In this document: positions 50,402 to 61,975 of the stretch, in pieces
How the letters are laid out: every line of letters starts with the position of its first letter
Numbering within the stretch: position 1 is the stretch's first letter
Assembly (NCBI GenBank): GCA_965204735.1
Contig: OZ242008.1
Coordinates: 1,440,001 to 1,504,000, forward strand
Reading direction: 5' to 3'
Length of the DNA: 64,000 bases
DNA from: Longimicrobiales bacterium
GTDB lineage: Bacteria; Gemmatimonadota; Gemmatimonadetes; Longimicrobiales; Gaopeijiaceae
Notes under the pieces: generated by a model
What the model was told of the DNA's origin: nothing
Database searches by the model: none
Seen by the model: only the letters and a program-made list of their open reading frames with translations
Translations under genes and position numbers: made by a program

Positions 50402-51186
50402 GGCTGACCGACTCGCACTGCCACCTCTCCGACGGCGCGTTCGACGGCGACCGGCGGGCGGCGCTGGACCGCGCAAGAGCCGCCGGGGCGACGCGGATCG
50501 TTTCGGTGGCGTCCGATCCCGACGACGGCTTGGCCGCCCTGGATCTGGCCCGTGCCCACGACGCCGTTCGGTGCACGACGGGCGTCCACCCCCACGCCGT
50601 GTCCGAGTCGGGCGCGGGCGTTGCCGACGCCGGGCAAGCCGCCGCCGTCCTCGACGCGATCCGCGAAGCCGCCGCCGATCCCCTTTGCGTGGCGATCGGC
50701 GAGACGGGCCTCGACTACCACTACGACAACGCGCCCCGGGACACCCAGCGCCGGAGCTTCCGTCGCCACGCCCGGATCGCGGAGGAGACGGAGCTGCCCC
50801 TGGTCGTCCACTCCCGCGACGCGGAAGAGGACACCGCCGCCGCCGTCCGCGAGTGCGCCGGGACGGTCGCCGGCGTGCTCCACTGCTTCACCGGACCGCC
50901 CGCCCTCCTGGAGACCGCGCTGGAGGCGGGCTGGCTGGTCTCCTTCACCGGAACCGTCACCTTCGGCTGGTTCGACGCCGGCCTGGTGCGGGCCGTCCCG
51001 GCGGGCCGCTACATGATCGAGACCGATTCGCCCTACCTGGCGCCGGTTCCGCGACGGGGCAGGCGGAACGAGCCCGCCTTCGTGCTCCACGTGGCCCGGG
51101 CCGTGGCCCGGATCAGGGACGAATCCCTCGAAACGGTGGCGAAGGACACCTGGGACGCGGCGTCCCGATTCTTCGGACCGTGGTGA
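50398..51186 (+). CDS. tatD: TatD-family hydrolase
   Basis: DSHCH, GVHPH, IGETGLDY, HSR, HCF, ETDSPYL. Confidence 0.95.
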   Translation: MRLTDSHCHLSDGAFDGDRRAALDRARAAGATRIVSVASDPDDGLAALDLARAHDAVRCTTGVHPHAVSESGAGVADAGQAAAVLDAIREAAADPLCVAIGETGLDYHYDNAPRDTQRRSFRRHARIAEETELPLVVHSRDAEEDTAAAVRECAGTVAGVLHCFTGPPALLETALEAGWLVSFTGTVTFGWFDAGLVRAVPAGRYMIETDSPYLAPVPRRGRRNEPAFVLHVARAVARIRDESLETVAKDTWDAASRFFGPW

Positions 51187-53000
51187 AGCGCGCGACCCCT
51201 TCCGGCCCCGACGGCCCTCGCCGTCCCCCGGGCGCCCGGCCCCGCATCAAGGTCCTGCCGGACCACGTGGCGAACCAGATCGCCGCCGGCGAGGTGGTCG
51301 AGCGACCGGCGTCGGTGGTGAAGGAGCTCGTGGAGAACGCCCTGGACGCCGGGGCCCGGACGATCCGGGTGTCGGTGGAGCAGGGGGGCAAGGGCCGCAT
51401 CCGGGTCGCCGACGACGGGTGCGGAATGGTGCGGCAAGACGTGCTCGCCTGCCTGGACCGCCACGCCACCAGCAAGATCCGCGACGCCAAGGACCTCGTG
51501 GAGATCCGCACCCTGGGCTTCCGGGGCGAAGCGCTGCCGTCGATCGCCGCCGTGTCGAGGCTGGTGGTCGAGACCGCCGTCGAGGGAGACGACCCGGGAA
51601 CCCGGGTGCGCGCGCTGGCGGGACAGATCCAGAGCGTGGAAGACGCGGCCCGCCGCCGGGGGACGACGGTGGACGTGCGGAACCTCTTCCTCAACACGCC
51701 CGTCCGGGCCCGCTTCCTCCGCAACGTGGGACTGGAGACCCGCGCCGTCGCCGAGACGCTTCACGCGCTGTCCCTGGCCAACCTGGGCGTGCGCTTCGTC
51801 TTCGAGACCAACGGGCGGCCCCAGCTGGACTTGCCGGCGGACCGGCCCCTGGAGGAGCGCATCGCCGAGATATGGGAGGACGCGGGGCTCGTCCCCCTGT
51901 CGGCGCGGAGGGGCGGACTCGGGCTGGACGGCGCCGTGCAGCGGCCCGACAGGGCGCGCTCCGGCTTCCGCCGAACCCAGCTCTTCGTGAACGGCCGCCC
52001 CTTCCGCGACGGACGGGTCGTGGCCGCGGCGGACCGGGGCTACCGCACCACCGTGGCCGAGGGGGTCCGGGCTTGGCTCTTCGTCTTCCTGACCGCGCCC
52101 CCGGACCAAGTGGACGTGAACGTGCACCCCGGCAAGGAGGAAGTGCGCTTCCAGGACTCGGCCGCGGTCGAGGAGTTCGTGGAGGCGTCGGTGCGGAAGG
52201 CGCTGGAGGGCGTCGACTCCGCCGCCGCGTGGGGCAGGCCGCCGCCGGTCCAGCTGGTTCGCGAAGGTCCGCCCGGCGGTCGCGGCACGGGCTGGGACGG
52301 CGCCGCCCGCGGGCGCCAGATTCGGCTCTTCCGCGACACGGACGCCCCGGACGAGCCGGACGCCCCGGACGACTCTCGCCAGGAACTCCCCGAGGTCCCC
52401 GCGACGGGCGGCGTCGCTCCCCAGGCGCCCAAGCCCGCCCTCCTCCAGGTCCACAACAGCTTCATCCTGGCCGAGACCCGCGACGGCGTGATCATCATCG
52501 ACCAGCACGCCGCCCACGAGAGGATCCTCTACGAGCGCATCATGGCGCGTTTCGAAGCCGGCGCCGAGGGCCAGCGGCTCCTCTTCCCCTTCACGGTGCG
52601 CCTCTCCAGGGCCGAGCTCGACGTGGTCCGCTCCGCGTCGCGGCTCCTGGCCAAGACCGGCTTCCAGGTGGAGCCCTTCGGCGCCCACGCCGTCCTCGTC
52701 CATGCCGTCCCCAGTCCCCACCCTCACTTCGACGCCGAGCGGTGCATCCGCGAGATGCTCCACGAGCTGGCGGAAGGCTCCGACCTGATGCGGGCTGCCC
52801 GGAACCAGAACGAGCGCGTCGCCATGAGCTTCGCGTGCAAGGGCGCCATCAAGGCGGGACAGAAGCTCACGGCCGAGGAGATGCAGGACCTCTTCGACCA
52901 GCTCTTCGCCACCGAGCTGCCCTACCACGACGTGCACGGCCGTCCCACCGTGGTGCGCCTGGGGCTGGACGAGCTCCGTCGGAAGTTCGGGCGGTCGTGA
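51183..53000 (+). CDS. mutL: DNA mismatch repair endonuclease MutL
   Basis: IAAGEVVERPASVVKELVENALDAG, GFRGEAL, DQHAAHERILYE. Confidence 0.97.
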   Translation: MKRATPSGPDGPRRPPGARPRIKVLPDHVANQIAAGEVVERPASVVKELVENALDAGARTIRVSVEQGGKGRIRVADDGCGMVRQDVLACLDRHATSKIRDAKDLVEIRTLGFRGEALPSIAAVSRLVVETAVEGDDPGTRVRALAGQIQSVEDAARRRGTTVDVRNLFLNTPVRARFLRNVGLETRAVAETLHALSLANLGVRFVFETNGRPQLDLPADRPLEERIAEIWEDAGLVPLSARRGGLGLDGAVQRPDRARSGFRRTQLFVNGRPFRDGRVVAAADRGYRTTVAEGVRAWLFVFLTAPPDQVDVNVHPGKEEVRFQDSAAVEEFVEASVRKALEGVDSAAAWGRPPPVQLVREGPPGGRGTGWDGAARGRQIRLFRDTDAPDEPDAPDDSRQELPEVPATGGVAPQAPKPALLQVHNSFILAETRDGVIIIDQHAAHERILYERIMARFEAGAEGQRLLFPFTVRLSRAELDVVRSASRLLAKTGFQVEPFGAHAVLVHAVPSPHPHFDAERCIREMLHELAEGSDLMRAARNQNERVAMSFACKGAIKAGQKLTAEEMQDLFDQLFATELPYHDVHGRPTVVRLGLDELRRKFGRS

Positions 53001-54106
53001 CGGCCGAGCCCGACTTCCTGGCCCTGGTCGGCCCCACGGCCACGGGCAAGACGCGCCTCTCCCTTCGGGTCGCCCGCGTCCTGGGCGGCGAGATCGTCTC
53101 CATGGACTCTCGCCAGGTGTACAGGGGAATGGACGTGGGCACCGCCAAGGCAACGCCGCTGGAACGGGCCGCGGTCCCCCATCACGGCCTGGACCTCTGC
53201 GACCCCGGCCAGCGCTACGCCGCCGGCGACTTCGCCAGGGACGCCCGCCGTTGGATCGCCGAGATCGTCGGCCGGGGCCGAGTGCCGATCTTGGTGGGAG
53301 GCACCGGGTTCTACCTCAAGGTCTTGACCGACCCGCTCTTCGAGGAGCCGCCGCTCGAGCCGGCCCGACGCCGCGCGCTGGAAGACGTCCTGGCTCCGAT
53401 GCCCCGGGCCGAGCTGGCCCGGTGGGTGCGCGCCCTGGACCCGGCCCGGGCCGAGACCGCCGTCGCGGGCGGCCGGCAGCGGATGCTGCGGACGGCGACG
53501 ATGGCCCTCCTGACCGGGCGTCCCCTCTCCTGGTGGCACGAGCGGGCCCGGTCCGTCGAGCGGCCCCTCCGGGCCGTCGCGTGCGTGCTCGACCTGCCGG
53601 CGCCGACCCTGGCCCGGCGGATCGACCGTCGTGTGGCGGCGATGGTCGCCGACGGGCTGGTGGAGGAGACGGCCGGCCTGCTGGCGGCAGGCTGCGCCCC
53701 GGACGCCCCCGGCCTCGACGCCCTGGGCTACCGGGAGGTGGTGGACCACCTGCAAGGGCGGACGACTCTGGAAGAGGCCGCAGAGCGCACCCGGGCCGCG
53801 ACCCGCCGCTACGCGCGCCGGCAGCGCACCTGGTTCCGCAACCAGCTGGGACCCGCCGCCGTGCGCGTGGACGCCGGGGCCCCGCTGGACGCTTGCGCGC
53901 GCATCGTGGTCGACGCGTGGCGCAGCGCCGCCGGCGCCCGTCCTCTCAAGGCGTCCGGCGCCTCCGCGTCCGTCCCCGACCTGCCCGGCGCGTCCGCGTC
54001 CGTTTCCGATCTGCCCGGCGCGTCCGCGTCCGTCCCCGATCTGCCCGGCGCGTCCGCGTCCGTTTCCGATCTGCCCGGCGCGTCCGCGTCCGTTTCCCTC
54101 CCATGA
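52997..54106 (+). CDS. miaA: tRNA dimethylallyltransferase
   Basis: GPTATGKT, DSRQVY, GTAK, GGTGFY, YARRQRTWF. Confidence 0.96.
   Translation: MTAEPDFLALVGPTATGKTRLSLRVARVLGGEIVSMDSRQVYRGMDVGTAKATPLERAAVPHHGLDLCDPGQRYAAGDFARDARRWIAEIVGRGRVPILVGGTGFYLKVLTDPLFEEPPLEPARRRALEDVLAPMPRAELARWVRALDPARAETAVAGGRQRMLRTATMALLTGRPLSWWHERARSVERPLRAVACVLDLPAPTLARRIDRRVAAMVADGLVEETAGLLAAGCAPDAPGLDALGYREVVDHLQGRTTLEEAAERTRAATRRYARRQRTWFRNQLGPAAVRVDAGAPLDACARIVVDAWRSAAGARPLKASGASASVPDLPGASASVSDLPGASASVPDLPGASASVSDLPGASASVSLP
53956..54100 (+). repeat. 30-bp tandem repeat (about 5 copies) in the miaA tail
   Basis: Encodes GASASV(P/S)DLP repeats. Confidence 0.9.
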
Positions 54107-55428
54107 AGATCGGGATCACCTGCTATCCCACCTATGGCGGCTCCGGGGCCGTCGCCACGGCCCTGGGGATCGGCTTGGCCGAGCGCGGCCACGAGGTCCA
54201 CTTCGTGTCGTACGCCCAGCCCTTTCGCCTCTCGGGCTTCCGGGAGCGCGTCTACTTGCACGAGGTGAAGATCGACCGCTACCCCCTCTTCGAGCACCCG
54301 CCCTACACGCTGGCGCTCGCGGCGACGATCCACGACACCGCCGTCCGCGAGGAGCTGGACGTGATGCACGTCCACTACGCCATCCCCCACGCCACCTCGG
54401 CCTGGATCGCCCAGGAGATGCTCGACGGCGTCGGAGCGCCGCCCCTCGTCACCACCCTCCACGGAACCGACGTGACGCTGGTCGGCCTTCACCCGTCCTT
54501 TCGGCCCATCACCCGTTTCTCGATCATGCGCTCCCAGGGCGTGACCGCCGTCTCCACCTTCCTGAAGGAGGCCACGGTCCGCGACTTCCAGGTGCCTGCG
54601 GAGCGCATTCGGGTCGTGCCCAACTTCGTGGACACCGCGCTCTTCCGCCGGGGAGGCGTTCCCTGCCACCGCCAAGTCCTGGCGCCGGGCGGCGAGAAGA
54701 TCGTCATGCACGTCTCCAACTTCCGGCCCGTCAAGCGCGTGCCCGAAGTGATCCGCATCTTCGCCGGCATCCGCAAGAACGTGCCCGCCCGGCTGGTGCT
54801 GGTGGGAGACGGTCCGGAGCGCTCCCAGGCCGCCGACGCCGCCTGCGAGCTGGGAATCGAGGACGACGTGCTCTTTCTGGGCAAGCACGCCGCGGTCCAC
54901 GAGCTCCTGGCCTGCGCCGACCTCTTCCTGATGGCCAGCCAGAGCGAGTCCTTCGGCTTGGCGGCGCTGGAGGCAATGGCGTGCGGCGCGCCGGTGGTCG
55001 GCTACGCGGCAGGGGGGCTGCCGGAAGTGGTTTCCCACGGCGAAGGGGGTTGGCTGGTCCCGCCCGGCGCGGTGGAGGACGCCACCGAAGCGGCGACGGA
55101 ACTGCTGAAGGACTCGGCGCGCTGGCGTCGCTTCGCCAAGGCCGCCCGGCGATCGGCGGTGGAGCGCTTCGAGGCGAAGCGCGTGGTGCCGCTGTACGAG
55201 GCGTGCTACGAGAGCGTCTGCGGCGCAGGGGACGCTTCAGCCGCCGGCCTTGCCACGGAGTCCGCCGGCCACAACGCCACGGAGTCTGCCGCCCGCTCTA
55301 CCGAGTCCGCCGCCCACGCCACGGAGTCCGCCGCCCACGCCGCCACCGAGTCCGCCGCCCACGCCGAGTCCGCCCACTCCACGGAGCCCGCCGGCCTTGC
55401 GGACGCCGGAAGCGAGCCGAGGCCGTGA
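54103..55428 (+). CDS. bshA: N-acetyl-alpha-D-glucosaminyl L-malate synthase
   Basis: MKIGITCYPTYGGSG, HVHYAIPHA, TTLHGTD, SNFRPVKR, ESFGLAALEAM. Confidence 0.93.
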   Translation: MKIGITCYPTYGGSGAVATALGIGLAERGHEVHFVSYAQPFRLSGFRERVYLHEVKIDRYPLFEHPPYTLALAATIHDTAVREELDVMHVHYAIPHATSAWIAQEMLDGVGAPPLVTTLHGTDVTLVGLHPSFRPITRFSIMRSQGVTAVSTFLKEATVRDFQVPAERIRVVPNFVDTALFRRGGVPCHRQVLAPGGEKIVMHVSNFRPVKRVPEVIRIFAGIRKNVPARLVLVGDGPERSQAADAACELGIEDDVLFLGKHAAVHELLACADLFLMASQSESFGLAALEAMACGAPVVGYAAGGLPEVVSHGEGGWLVPPGAVEDATEAATELLKDSARWRRFAKAARRSAVERFEAKRVVPLYEACYESVCGAGDASAAGLATESAGHNATESAARSTESAAHATESAAHAATESAAHAESAHSTEPAGLADAGSEPRP

Positions 55429-56234
55429 ACTGGCACGAAGGCGCGTTTCTGGGCTTCCTCCAGGGAGCGACCGAGTTCCTGCCCGTCTCCAGCTCCGGCC
55501 ACTTGGTCATGGGACAGGCCTTTCTGGACATTCGGCTCCCCGGCGTGGGCTTCGAGGTGGCCCTCCACGTGGCCACCCTGGCTTCGGTGGCGCTCGTGTA
55601 CTGGGAAAGGATCGCGACGGTGGCCGCCGGCGTGGCCCGGCGCGACCCGGAGCAGCTGCGGTACGCCGGACTCCTGCTCTTGGCCTCGGCGCCGGCGGGC
55701 GTCGCAGGGGTCGGCTTCGGCGGGTTCTTCGAGTCGCTCTTCGAGTCGCCGACCGTGGTGGGCGCGGCACTGATCGCGACGGGGTTCCTGCTCTGGTCCT
55801 CGAGACGGGCGCTGGACCGCTCGCCGTCCGCCTCGCCGGGGGTCGGCGCGGCCGTGGCGATGGGGTTCGCCCAAGCGCTTGCCATCGTGCCGGGCGTGTC
55901 CCGCTCGGGGGCCACCGTCGTCACGGCGCTTTGGAAGGGCGTGGAGCCGTCGGAGGCGGCTGCCTTCTCCTTCCTCATGTCGGTTCCGGCGGTTGCCGGC
56001 GCGGCGCTGCTCAAGTTCCCCGAAGCGGCGTCGGCCGGCGCAGGCGCCGGCTTGGCGGCGGGGCTCGGCGTGTCCGTCCCCACCCTCGCCGTGGCGGCGG
56101 TCGTCGCCTGCCTCGTGGGAGCGCTCGCCATCCGCGTCTTCCGCGCCATGCTCGCCAGCCGCTCGTTCCACCGCTTCGCGCCCTACCTGTGGGCGGCAGG
56201 GGCCGCTCTGCTCTGGCTCGGAGGCCGGTCGTGA
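55425..56234 (+). CDS. uppP: Undecaprenyl-diphosphate phosphatase
   Basis: QGATEFLPVSSSGH, PGVSRSGAT. Confidence 0.95.
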   Translation: MNWHEGAFLGFLQGATEFLPVSSSGHLVMGQAFLDIRLPGVGFEVALHVATLASVALVYWERIATVAAGVARRDPEQLRYAGLLLLASAPAGVAGVGFGGFFESLFESPTVVGAALIATGFLLWSSRRALDRSPSASPGVGAAVAMGFAQALAIVPGVSRSGATVVTALWKGVEPSEAAAFSFLMSVPAVAGAALLKFPEAASAGAGAGLAAGLGVSVPTLAVAAVVACLVGALAIRVFRAMLASRSFHRFAPYLWAAGAALLWLGGRS

Positions 56235-57283
56235 GACGGATCGCGGCACGGCCCCGGCCCCCGACGCGCCCGCCCCGGCCCCCGACGGACGCACCCGCGC
56301 GCCCGACGAACCCACCCCGGCCCCCGACGCGCCCGCCCCGGTCCCCGACGAACCCGCCCGCGCGCCCGACGAACCCACCCCGGCCCCCGACGCGCCCGCC
56401 CCGGTCCCCGACGAACCCGCCCGCGCGCCTGCCCAGCCGGCCATCCGGCTCCACCGACCGTCCCAACTCCCTCCTCTCCCGGTGGGAGGACCGCGACGCC
56501 CGGGAGTGGGCCCGACGCCTCGGGGCCGCGACGGCCGAGTTCCACGGGCGGATCGCGTCCACCAGCGACCGTGCCCGGGAGCTGGTGCGCGCACGCCGGC
56601 CGCTTCCCGCCCTCGTCGTCGCCGACCGCCAGACCGCCGGCCGGGGCCGCCAAGGCCGGCGCTGGGAATCGGACGCGCCCACGGGAGTGTGGCTCACCGT
56701 CGCCTTGGCCGTCGCCCCGTCCGCGCCCGCGTCCGTCCTGCCCCTGCGGATCAGCCTGGCGACGGCCCGTGCGCTGGAGTCGGTCGCCCCCGGCTTCCGC
56801 GCCCAGGTGAAGTGGCCCAACGACCTGACCACGCCCGGCGGCAAGCTGGGCGGCGTCCTTTGCGAGCGCGTCGGCGACGCCCTGCTGGCGGGGATCGGCG
56901 TCAACCTCAACCACTCCCGCGCCGACCTCCCCCAGGGCCTGGCCGCGCCGCCCACCTCGCTCTTCCTGGAGACGGGCCGAACGGTCCCCCGAGGCAGGGC
57001 CCTTTCGGCGGTGTGGACCGCCGTCGTCGCCGCGTGCGTCCGGCCCGGCGACGCCCTCCCGCCCGACGAAGTGGCCGCCCTGGACCGCCGCTCGCCCCTG
57101 CGCGGGCGCCGGGTCGTGGTCGACGGCGTGTTGCTGCGCCCCGGGGAAGGCGTCCGAACGGTCCGCTCCCTGAACGCCGTGGCCGGCGGCGTATGCCCCG
57201 ACGGGTCCCTCCTCGTCCAAGACGACAGCGGCGCCCGGGCGCGCTTGGTGGCCGGCTCCGTCGCGTCCTGGCGGCGCCCATGA
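56231..57283 (+). CDS. birA: Biotin--protein ligase
   Basis: STS, QTAGRGRQGRRW, KWPNDL, KLGGVL, GIGVN; N-terminus is Pro/Arg repeats instead of an HTH; start uncertain. Confidence 0.88.
   Translation: MRRIAARPRPPTRPPRPPTDAPARPTNPPRPPTRPPRSPTNPPARPTNPPRPPTRPPRSPTNPPARLPSRPSGSTDRPNSLLSRWEDRDAREWARRLGAATAEFHGRIASTSDRARELVRARRPLPALVVADRQTAGRGRQGRRWESDAPTGVWLTVALAVAPSAPASVLPLRISLATARALESVAPGFRAQVKWPNDLTTPGGKLGGVLCERVGDALLAGIGVNLNHSRADLPQGLAAPPTSLFLETGRTVPRGRALSAVWTAVVAACVRPGDALPPDEVAALDRRSPLRGRRVVVDGVLLRPGEGVRTVRSLNAVAGGVCPDGSLLVQDDSGARARLVAGSVASWRRP
56251..56430 (+). repeat. Nested ~18/57-bp tandem repeats at the uppP/birA junction
   Basis: CCCGACGAACCC(A/G)CCC and CCCCGACGCGCCCGCCCCGG reiterated. 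Confidence 0.8.
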
Positions 57284-57383
57284 GACCATGACCCGTCCCG
57301 GTCCCCTCGACGCGAACGCGCAGAGGTCGCCGTCCCGGTTGCGGCGGCGCCCATGAGACCATGACCCGTCCCGGCCCCCTCGA
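57270..57383 (+). repeat. 41-bp near-perfect direct repeat duplicating the birA-stop/coaX-start junction
   Basis: GGCGGCGCCCATGAGACCATGACCCGTCCCGG(T/C)CCCCTCGA at 57270 and 57343. Confidence 0.88.
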
Positions 57384-58245
57384 TCCTGCGCGCGCCCAGC
57401 CGGCGCCCGCGGAACCCGGAGCCCCGCGCCCAGATCCGCCCACCCCCCGCCAGGCGCCCACGGCCTGCCAGCTGGTCGCCGACGTGGGCAACACCGACAT
57501 CGTCTTCGGCCTCCTGGACCTTTCCGGCGACAACGTGCTGAACCACTGGCGAGCGAGTGCCCGCGTTCCCCGGACCGAGGCCGAGTGCCGGGTGCTCCTC
57601 TCGGCCCTGCTGGTGCCGACCCTGGCGAAGGACGTCGTCGTCCAGCGGGGGGTCGTGGGCTCCGTCGTGCCCTCCGTCACCCGAACCGTCGCGACGGCCA
57701 TGTCGTCGGTGGTGGACGGCCCCGTCGTAGTGGCGACCGCCCACTCGGACCTGCCGATCGTCCTCGACGTGGAGGAGCCCCTGACCGTGGGCGCCGACCG
57801 GATCGTCAACACCTTGGCCGCCAAGGTTCGCTTCGCCCGAGACACCATCGCCGTGGACCTGGGAACCGCCACCACCTTCGACTGCATCACGGCCCAGGGC
57901 GTCTTCCGGGGAGGCGTCATCGCTCCAGGGATCGGCGCCGGGCTGGACTGGCTCGCCACACGAACCGCCCAGCTCCCCAGGGTGGACCTGACGCCCCCCC
58001 GAGCCGTTGTTGGCCGCCGCACGGCCGAGTGCATCCGGAGCGGCGTCTTCCATTCGGCGGTCGCCGGCGTGGACGGGATCGTGGCGAAGCTCAAGGAGGA
58101 GTGGACCAGCGCCGACCCGCTGGTGGTCGCGACGGGGGGCTTTGCGTCGCTGATCGGCCCCCACGCCTCGGCGGTGGACCGGATCGAACCCTTCCTGACC
58201 CTCCACGGCCTAGGGATCGCCGGCGCCCACCTGGACCCACGCTAG
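57361..58245 (+). CDS. coaX: Type III pantothenate kinase
   Basis: DVGNT, GADR, VDLGTATTFD, GGVIAPG, ATGG. Confidence 0.95.
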   Translation: MTRPGPLDPARAQPAPAEPGAPRPDPPTPRQAPTACQLVADVGNTDIVFGLLDLSGDNVLNHWRASARVPRTEAECRVLLSALLVPTLAKDVVVQRGVVGSVVPSVTRTVATAMSSVVDGPVVVATAHSDLPIVLDVEEPLTVGADRIVNTLAAKVRFARDTIAVDLGTATTFDCITAQGVFRGGVIAPGIGAGLDWLATRTAQLPRVDLTPPRAVVGRRTAECIRSGVFHSAVAGVDGIVAKLKEEWTSADPLVVATGGFASLIGPHASAVDRIEPFLTLHGLGIAGAHLDPR

Positions 58246-58252
58246 TCCGTCA

Positions 58253-58555
58253 CTACCGCCCCTCCGCGTCGCCGTCGCCGGCCACGGCCAGGAACTCGTC
58301 GGCAGTGTCGCACTCCACGACCGCGTCCCCGACCCGCGCCAGCTGCTCGGCGCTCATGGAGCGCACCCGCGCCTCCAGCCGTCGCGCCGTCTGGGCCCCG
58401 AACCGCCGCGAAGCCTGACGCAGCAAGACCGCTCGGCCTTCCGCGCGACCCCGCTCGAGGCCCTGCTCACGTCCCCGTTCGAGCCCCTGCTGAAGCCCCT
58501 GCTCCAGGCCCCGCTGCCGGTGGCCCTCCGCCCACTCCGCATAGGTCTGGCCCAT
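58253..58555 (-). CDS. Predicted internally initiated small Rpn C-terminal protein (100 aa)
   Basis: In-frame ATG preceded by AAGGAGGAG-CAAGAG, just before the GLEQG repeats. Confidence 0.6.
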   Translation of the reverse strand: MGQTYAEWAEGHRQRGLEQGLQQGLERGREQGLERGRAEGRAVLLRQASRRFGAQTARRLEARVRSMSAEQLARVGDAVVECDTADEFLAVAGDGDAEGR

Positions 58556-59347
58556 CTCTTGCTCCTCCTTCGGTTGGATGATCTGCTCCACGATGTCCTC
58601 ACGTGCCTCTTCCGGCGCGCCCACCTTACGCAGCCGCTCGTCCGTCCAGTCTGCGAACGCCTGCCGCTCTGCAAGATAGTCCGGGCCGGCCCACTGCTCC
58701 GCCATGCTCTGGTGCACCGCCGGAAAGTTCGTCCACGGGTCCTCCTCCAGAGCCGCGACCCAGCCCAGCACGCTCCCCCTGGGAAGCAACCCTTGCGCCA
58801 GCGCCGACCGCAAGTCAAGCAGCCCGTAGCCGTGAGTGGTCGCCAGGTCGGCCACCGCCCGCGCCACCACCGGCGACGGCTCCTCCCGGCTGGCCAGCCC
58901 GGCCAACGTCGTCTCGGCCGTCCATGGCCTCGTGCCGGTGTAGACGACGAACGAGAGCACGAGGGGCATGGTGCCGTCGGGGTTGCGCTGCCGCTCGTGC
59001 GTGTGCAGCACCGTGTGGGCGGCCTCGCTGTAGCGCAGTGTCCTGAGGACCATGCCCGGATCGACGGAGGACTGGAACTCGAAGAGGAAGACGGCGGATC
59101 GACCGTCCTTGAACCGGACGCGCCAAGCGCAGTCGCAGAGCCGGCGCTGCAGGTCGGGGCCCACGGTCTCGGTGGGGAAGGGATCGACGGCCAGCAGGTC
59201 GAGCTGGTCGGCCCAGCGCTTGGCCGCCAAGTCGCGGATGAGGGCCACGACGGCAGCCACGGTGTTGAAGAGGCGCTTGTAGCTCTGGTCGTGGCGGCGG
59301 CGTTCCGACTTGGTGAGAGAGGGCGGTTCGCTGGTGGAAGGGTCCAT
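58253..59347 (-). CDS. Rpn/YhgA-like PD-(D/E)XK nuclease (putative transposase family) with DUF4351-like C-terminus
   Basis: [39 protein letters not shown] repeats, RQASRRFG. Confidence 0.88.
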   Translation of the reverse strand: MDPSTSEPPSLTKSERRRHDQSYKRLFNTVAAVVALIRDLAAKRWADQLDLLAVDPFPTETVGPDLQRRLCDCAWRVRFKDGRSAVFLFEFQSSVDPGMVLRTLRYSEAAHTVLHTHERQRNPDGTMPLVLSFVVYTGTRPWTAETTLAGLASREEPSPVVARAVADLATTHGYGLLDLRSALAQGLLPRGSVLGWVAALEEDPWTNFPAVHQSMAEQWAGPDYLAERQAFADWTDERLRKVGAPEEAREDIVEQIIQPKEEQEMGQTYAEWAEGHRQRGLEQGLQQGLERGREQGLERGRAEGRAVLLRQASRRFGAQTARRLEARVRSMSAEQLARVGDAVVECDTADEFLAVAGDGDAEGR

Positions 59348-59380
59348 TGCGGCGGCTCCGTTGCGTCCGAGACGAGAGGC

Positions 59381-59506
59381 GCTTCGGAGGCGTCGCGGAC
59401 GGAGTTCCCCCGAAGCTGGCCGGGACGGTCTCCGGCTCTGGCCCAAGGATCTCACCGTGCGTGCGCCATTTCCATGGCTGGATGGGACAGATTTTTTTTC
59501 GTCTCT
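59381..59506 (-). repeat. Dispersed conserved non-coding element, copy B, upstream of the Rpn gene; potentially structured
   Basis: Homologous to 1-117; GCCAT-GGAA-ATGGC hairpin and a GCTTCGG(G/A)GG stem. Confidence 0.85.
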
Positions 59507-59571
59507 CGCGGGCCGGGACGGAGACCCTTGCGTCCAACGAACCAGGCGTGCTGAAGCTCCTCCGGCGCCTA

Positions 59572-59632
59572 GGCTGGCCCTTCCCCCTTGCCCCAGGCTG
59601 GCCCCTCCCCCTTGCCCCTGGCTGGCCCCTCG
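59572..59632. repeat. 24-bp tandem repeat (about 2.5 copies)
   Basis: GGCTGGCCC(T/C)TCCCCCTTGCCCC reiterated. Confidence 0.75.
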
Positions 59633-59667
59633 ACGCCCAGCCCAAGCAAGCCAGCACGCGGACCCCC

Positions 59668-59724
59668 TTGACGTCGCCCCTCGAAGCGTCCACCTTGTTA
59701 GCACTCACTCGCATCGAGTGCTAG
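59668..59724 (+). promoter_or_regulatory. groESL promoter and CIRCE (HrcA operator)
   Basis: TTGACG-N17-CACCTT, then TTAGCACTC-N9-GAGTGCTAG at 59698-59724 (one mismatch to consensus); extra GAGTGCTGG half-site near 59746. Confidence 0.92.
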
Positions 59725-59828
59725 CAACCCGCTGGGCAACCCGATCGAGTGCTGGCAGACCCGGGAGAGGGCGGATCGGCCGTCCCCCCGGAGGCACACC
59801 AAATCCCATCCCCAAGCAAGGAGAAGCG

Positions 59829-60131
59829 ATGTCCGCCGCAGACCGGATCAAGCCCCTCGCCGACCGCGTCGTCGTCAAGGCCCTGGAAGAGGCCGAGCAG
59901 ATGCGGGGAGGGCTGTACATCCCCGACACGGCCAAGGAGAAGCCCCAGGAGGGCGAAGTCGTGGCCGTGGGTCCGGGCAAGCTGTCCGACGACGGCAACC
60001 GGATCCCCATGGAAGTCTCCGCTGGCGACCGGGTCCTGTACGGAAAGTACAGCGGCACCGAGGTCACCGTGGACGGAGACCAGTACCTCATCCTGCGCGA
60101 GAGCGACATCCTCGCCGTCGTCAACGCCTAA
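59829..60131 (+). CDS. groES: Co-chaperonin GroES
   Basis: [30 protein letters not shown]. Confidence 0.98.
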   Translation: MSAADRIKPLADRVVVKALEEAEQMRGGLYIPDTAKEKPQEGEVVAVGPGKLSDDGNRIPMEVSAGDRVLYGKYSGTEVTVDGDQYLILRESDILAVVNA

Positions 60132-60150
60132 CCAAGAGGAGACAAGAGAC

Positions 60151-61785
<1,635 letters not shown>

Positions 61786-61805
61786 TCCCAGCCGCAAGCG
61801 GTAGC

Positions 61806-61847
61806 CGGCCTCCTCGCCTGCCTGGAGCTTGGGCGGCGAGGAGGCCG
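61806..61847 (+). terminator. GC-rich hairpin after groEL
   Basis: CGGCCTCCTCGCC / GGCGAGGAGGCCG perfect 13-bp stem; no strong U tract. Confidence 0.6.
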
Positions 61848-61903
61848 AGCGGTCTTGCCGAAGGTACGCAAGGCATGCAGCCGGTCTGGAGGCTTGCCGG
61901 AGC

Positions 61904-61932
61904 TTGACACTGATCCAAGATGGTCATACGAT
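61904..61932 (+). promoter_or_regulatory. Sigma70-type promoter of the low-GC cassette
   Basis: TTGACA-N17-TACGAT. Confidence 0.75.
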
Positions 61933-61975
61933 GTCGTGGGCGAGGAACCAACCCATGAAGTCGGGAGGACCAATC

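Noticed and set aside
58253..59347. Classical IS element
   Set aside because: No terminal inverted repeats or target-site duplication seen; Rpn proteins are not demonstrated IS transposases
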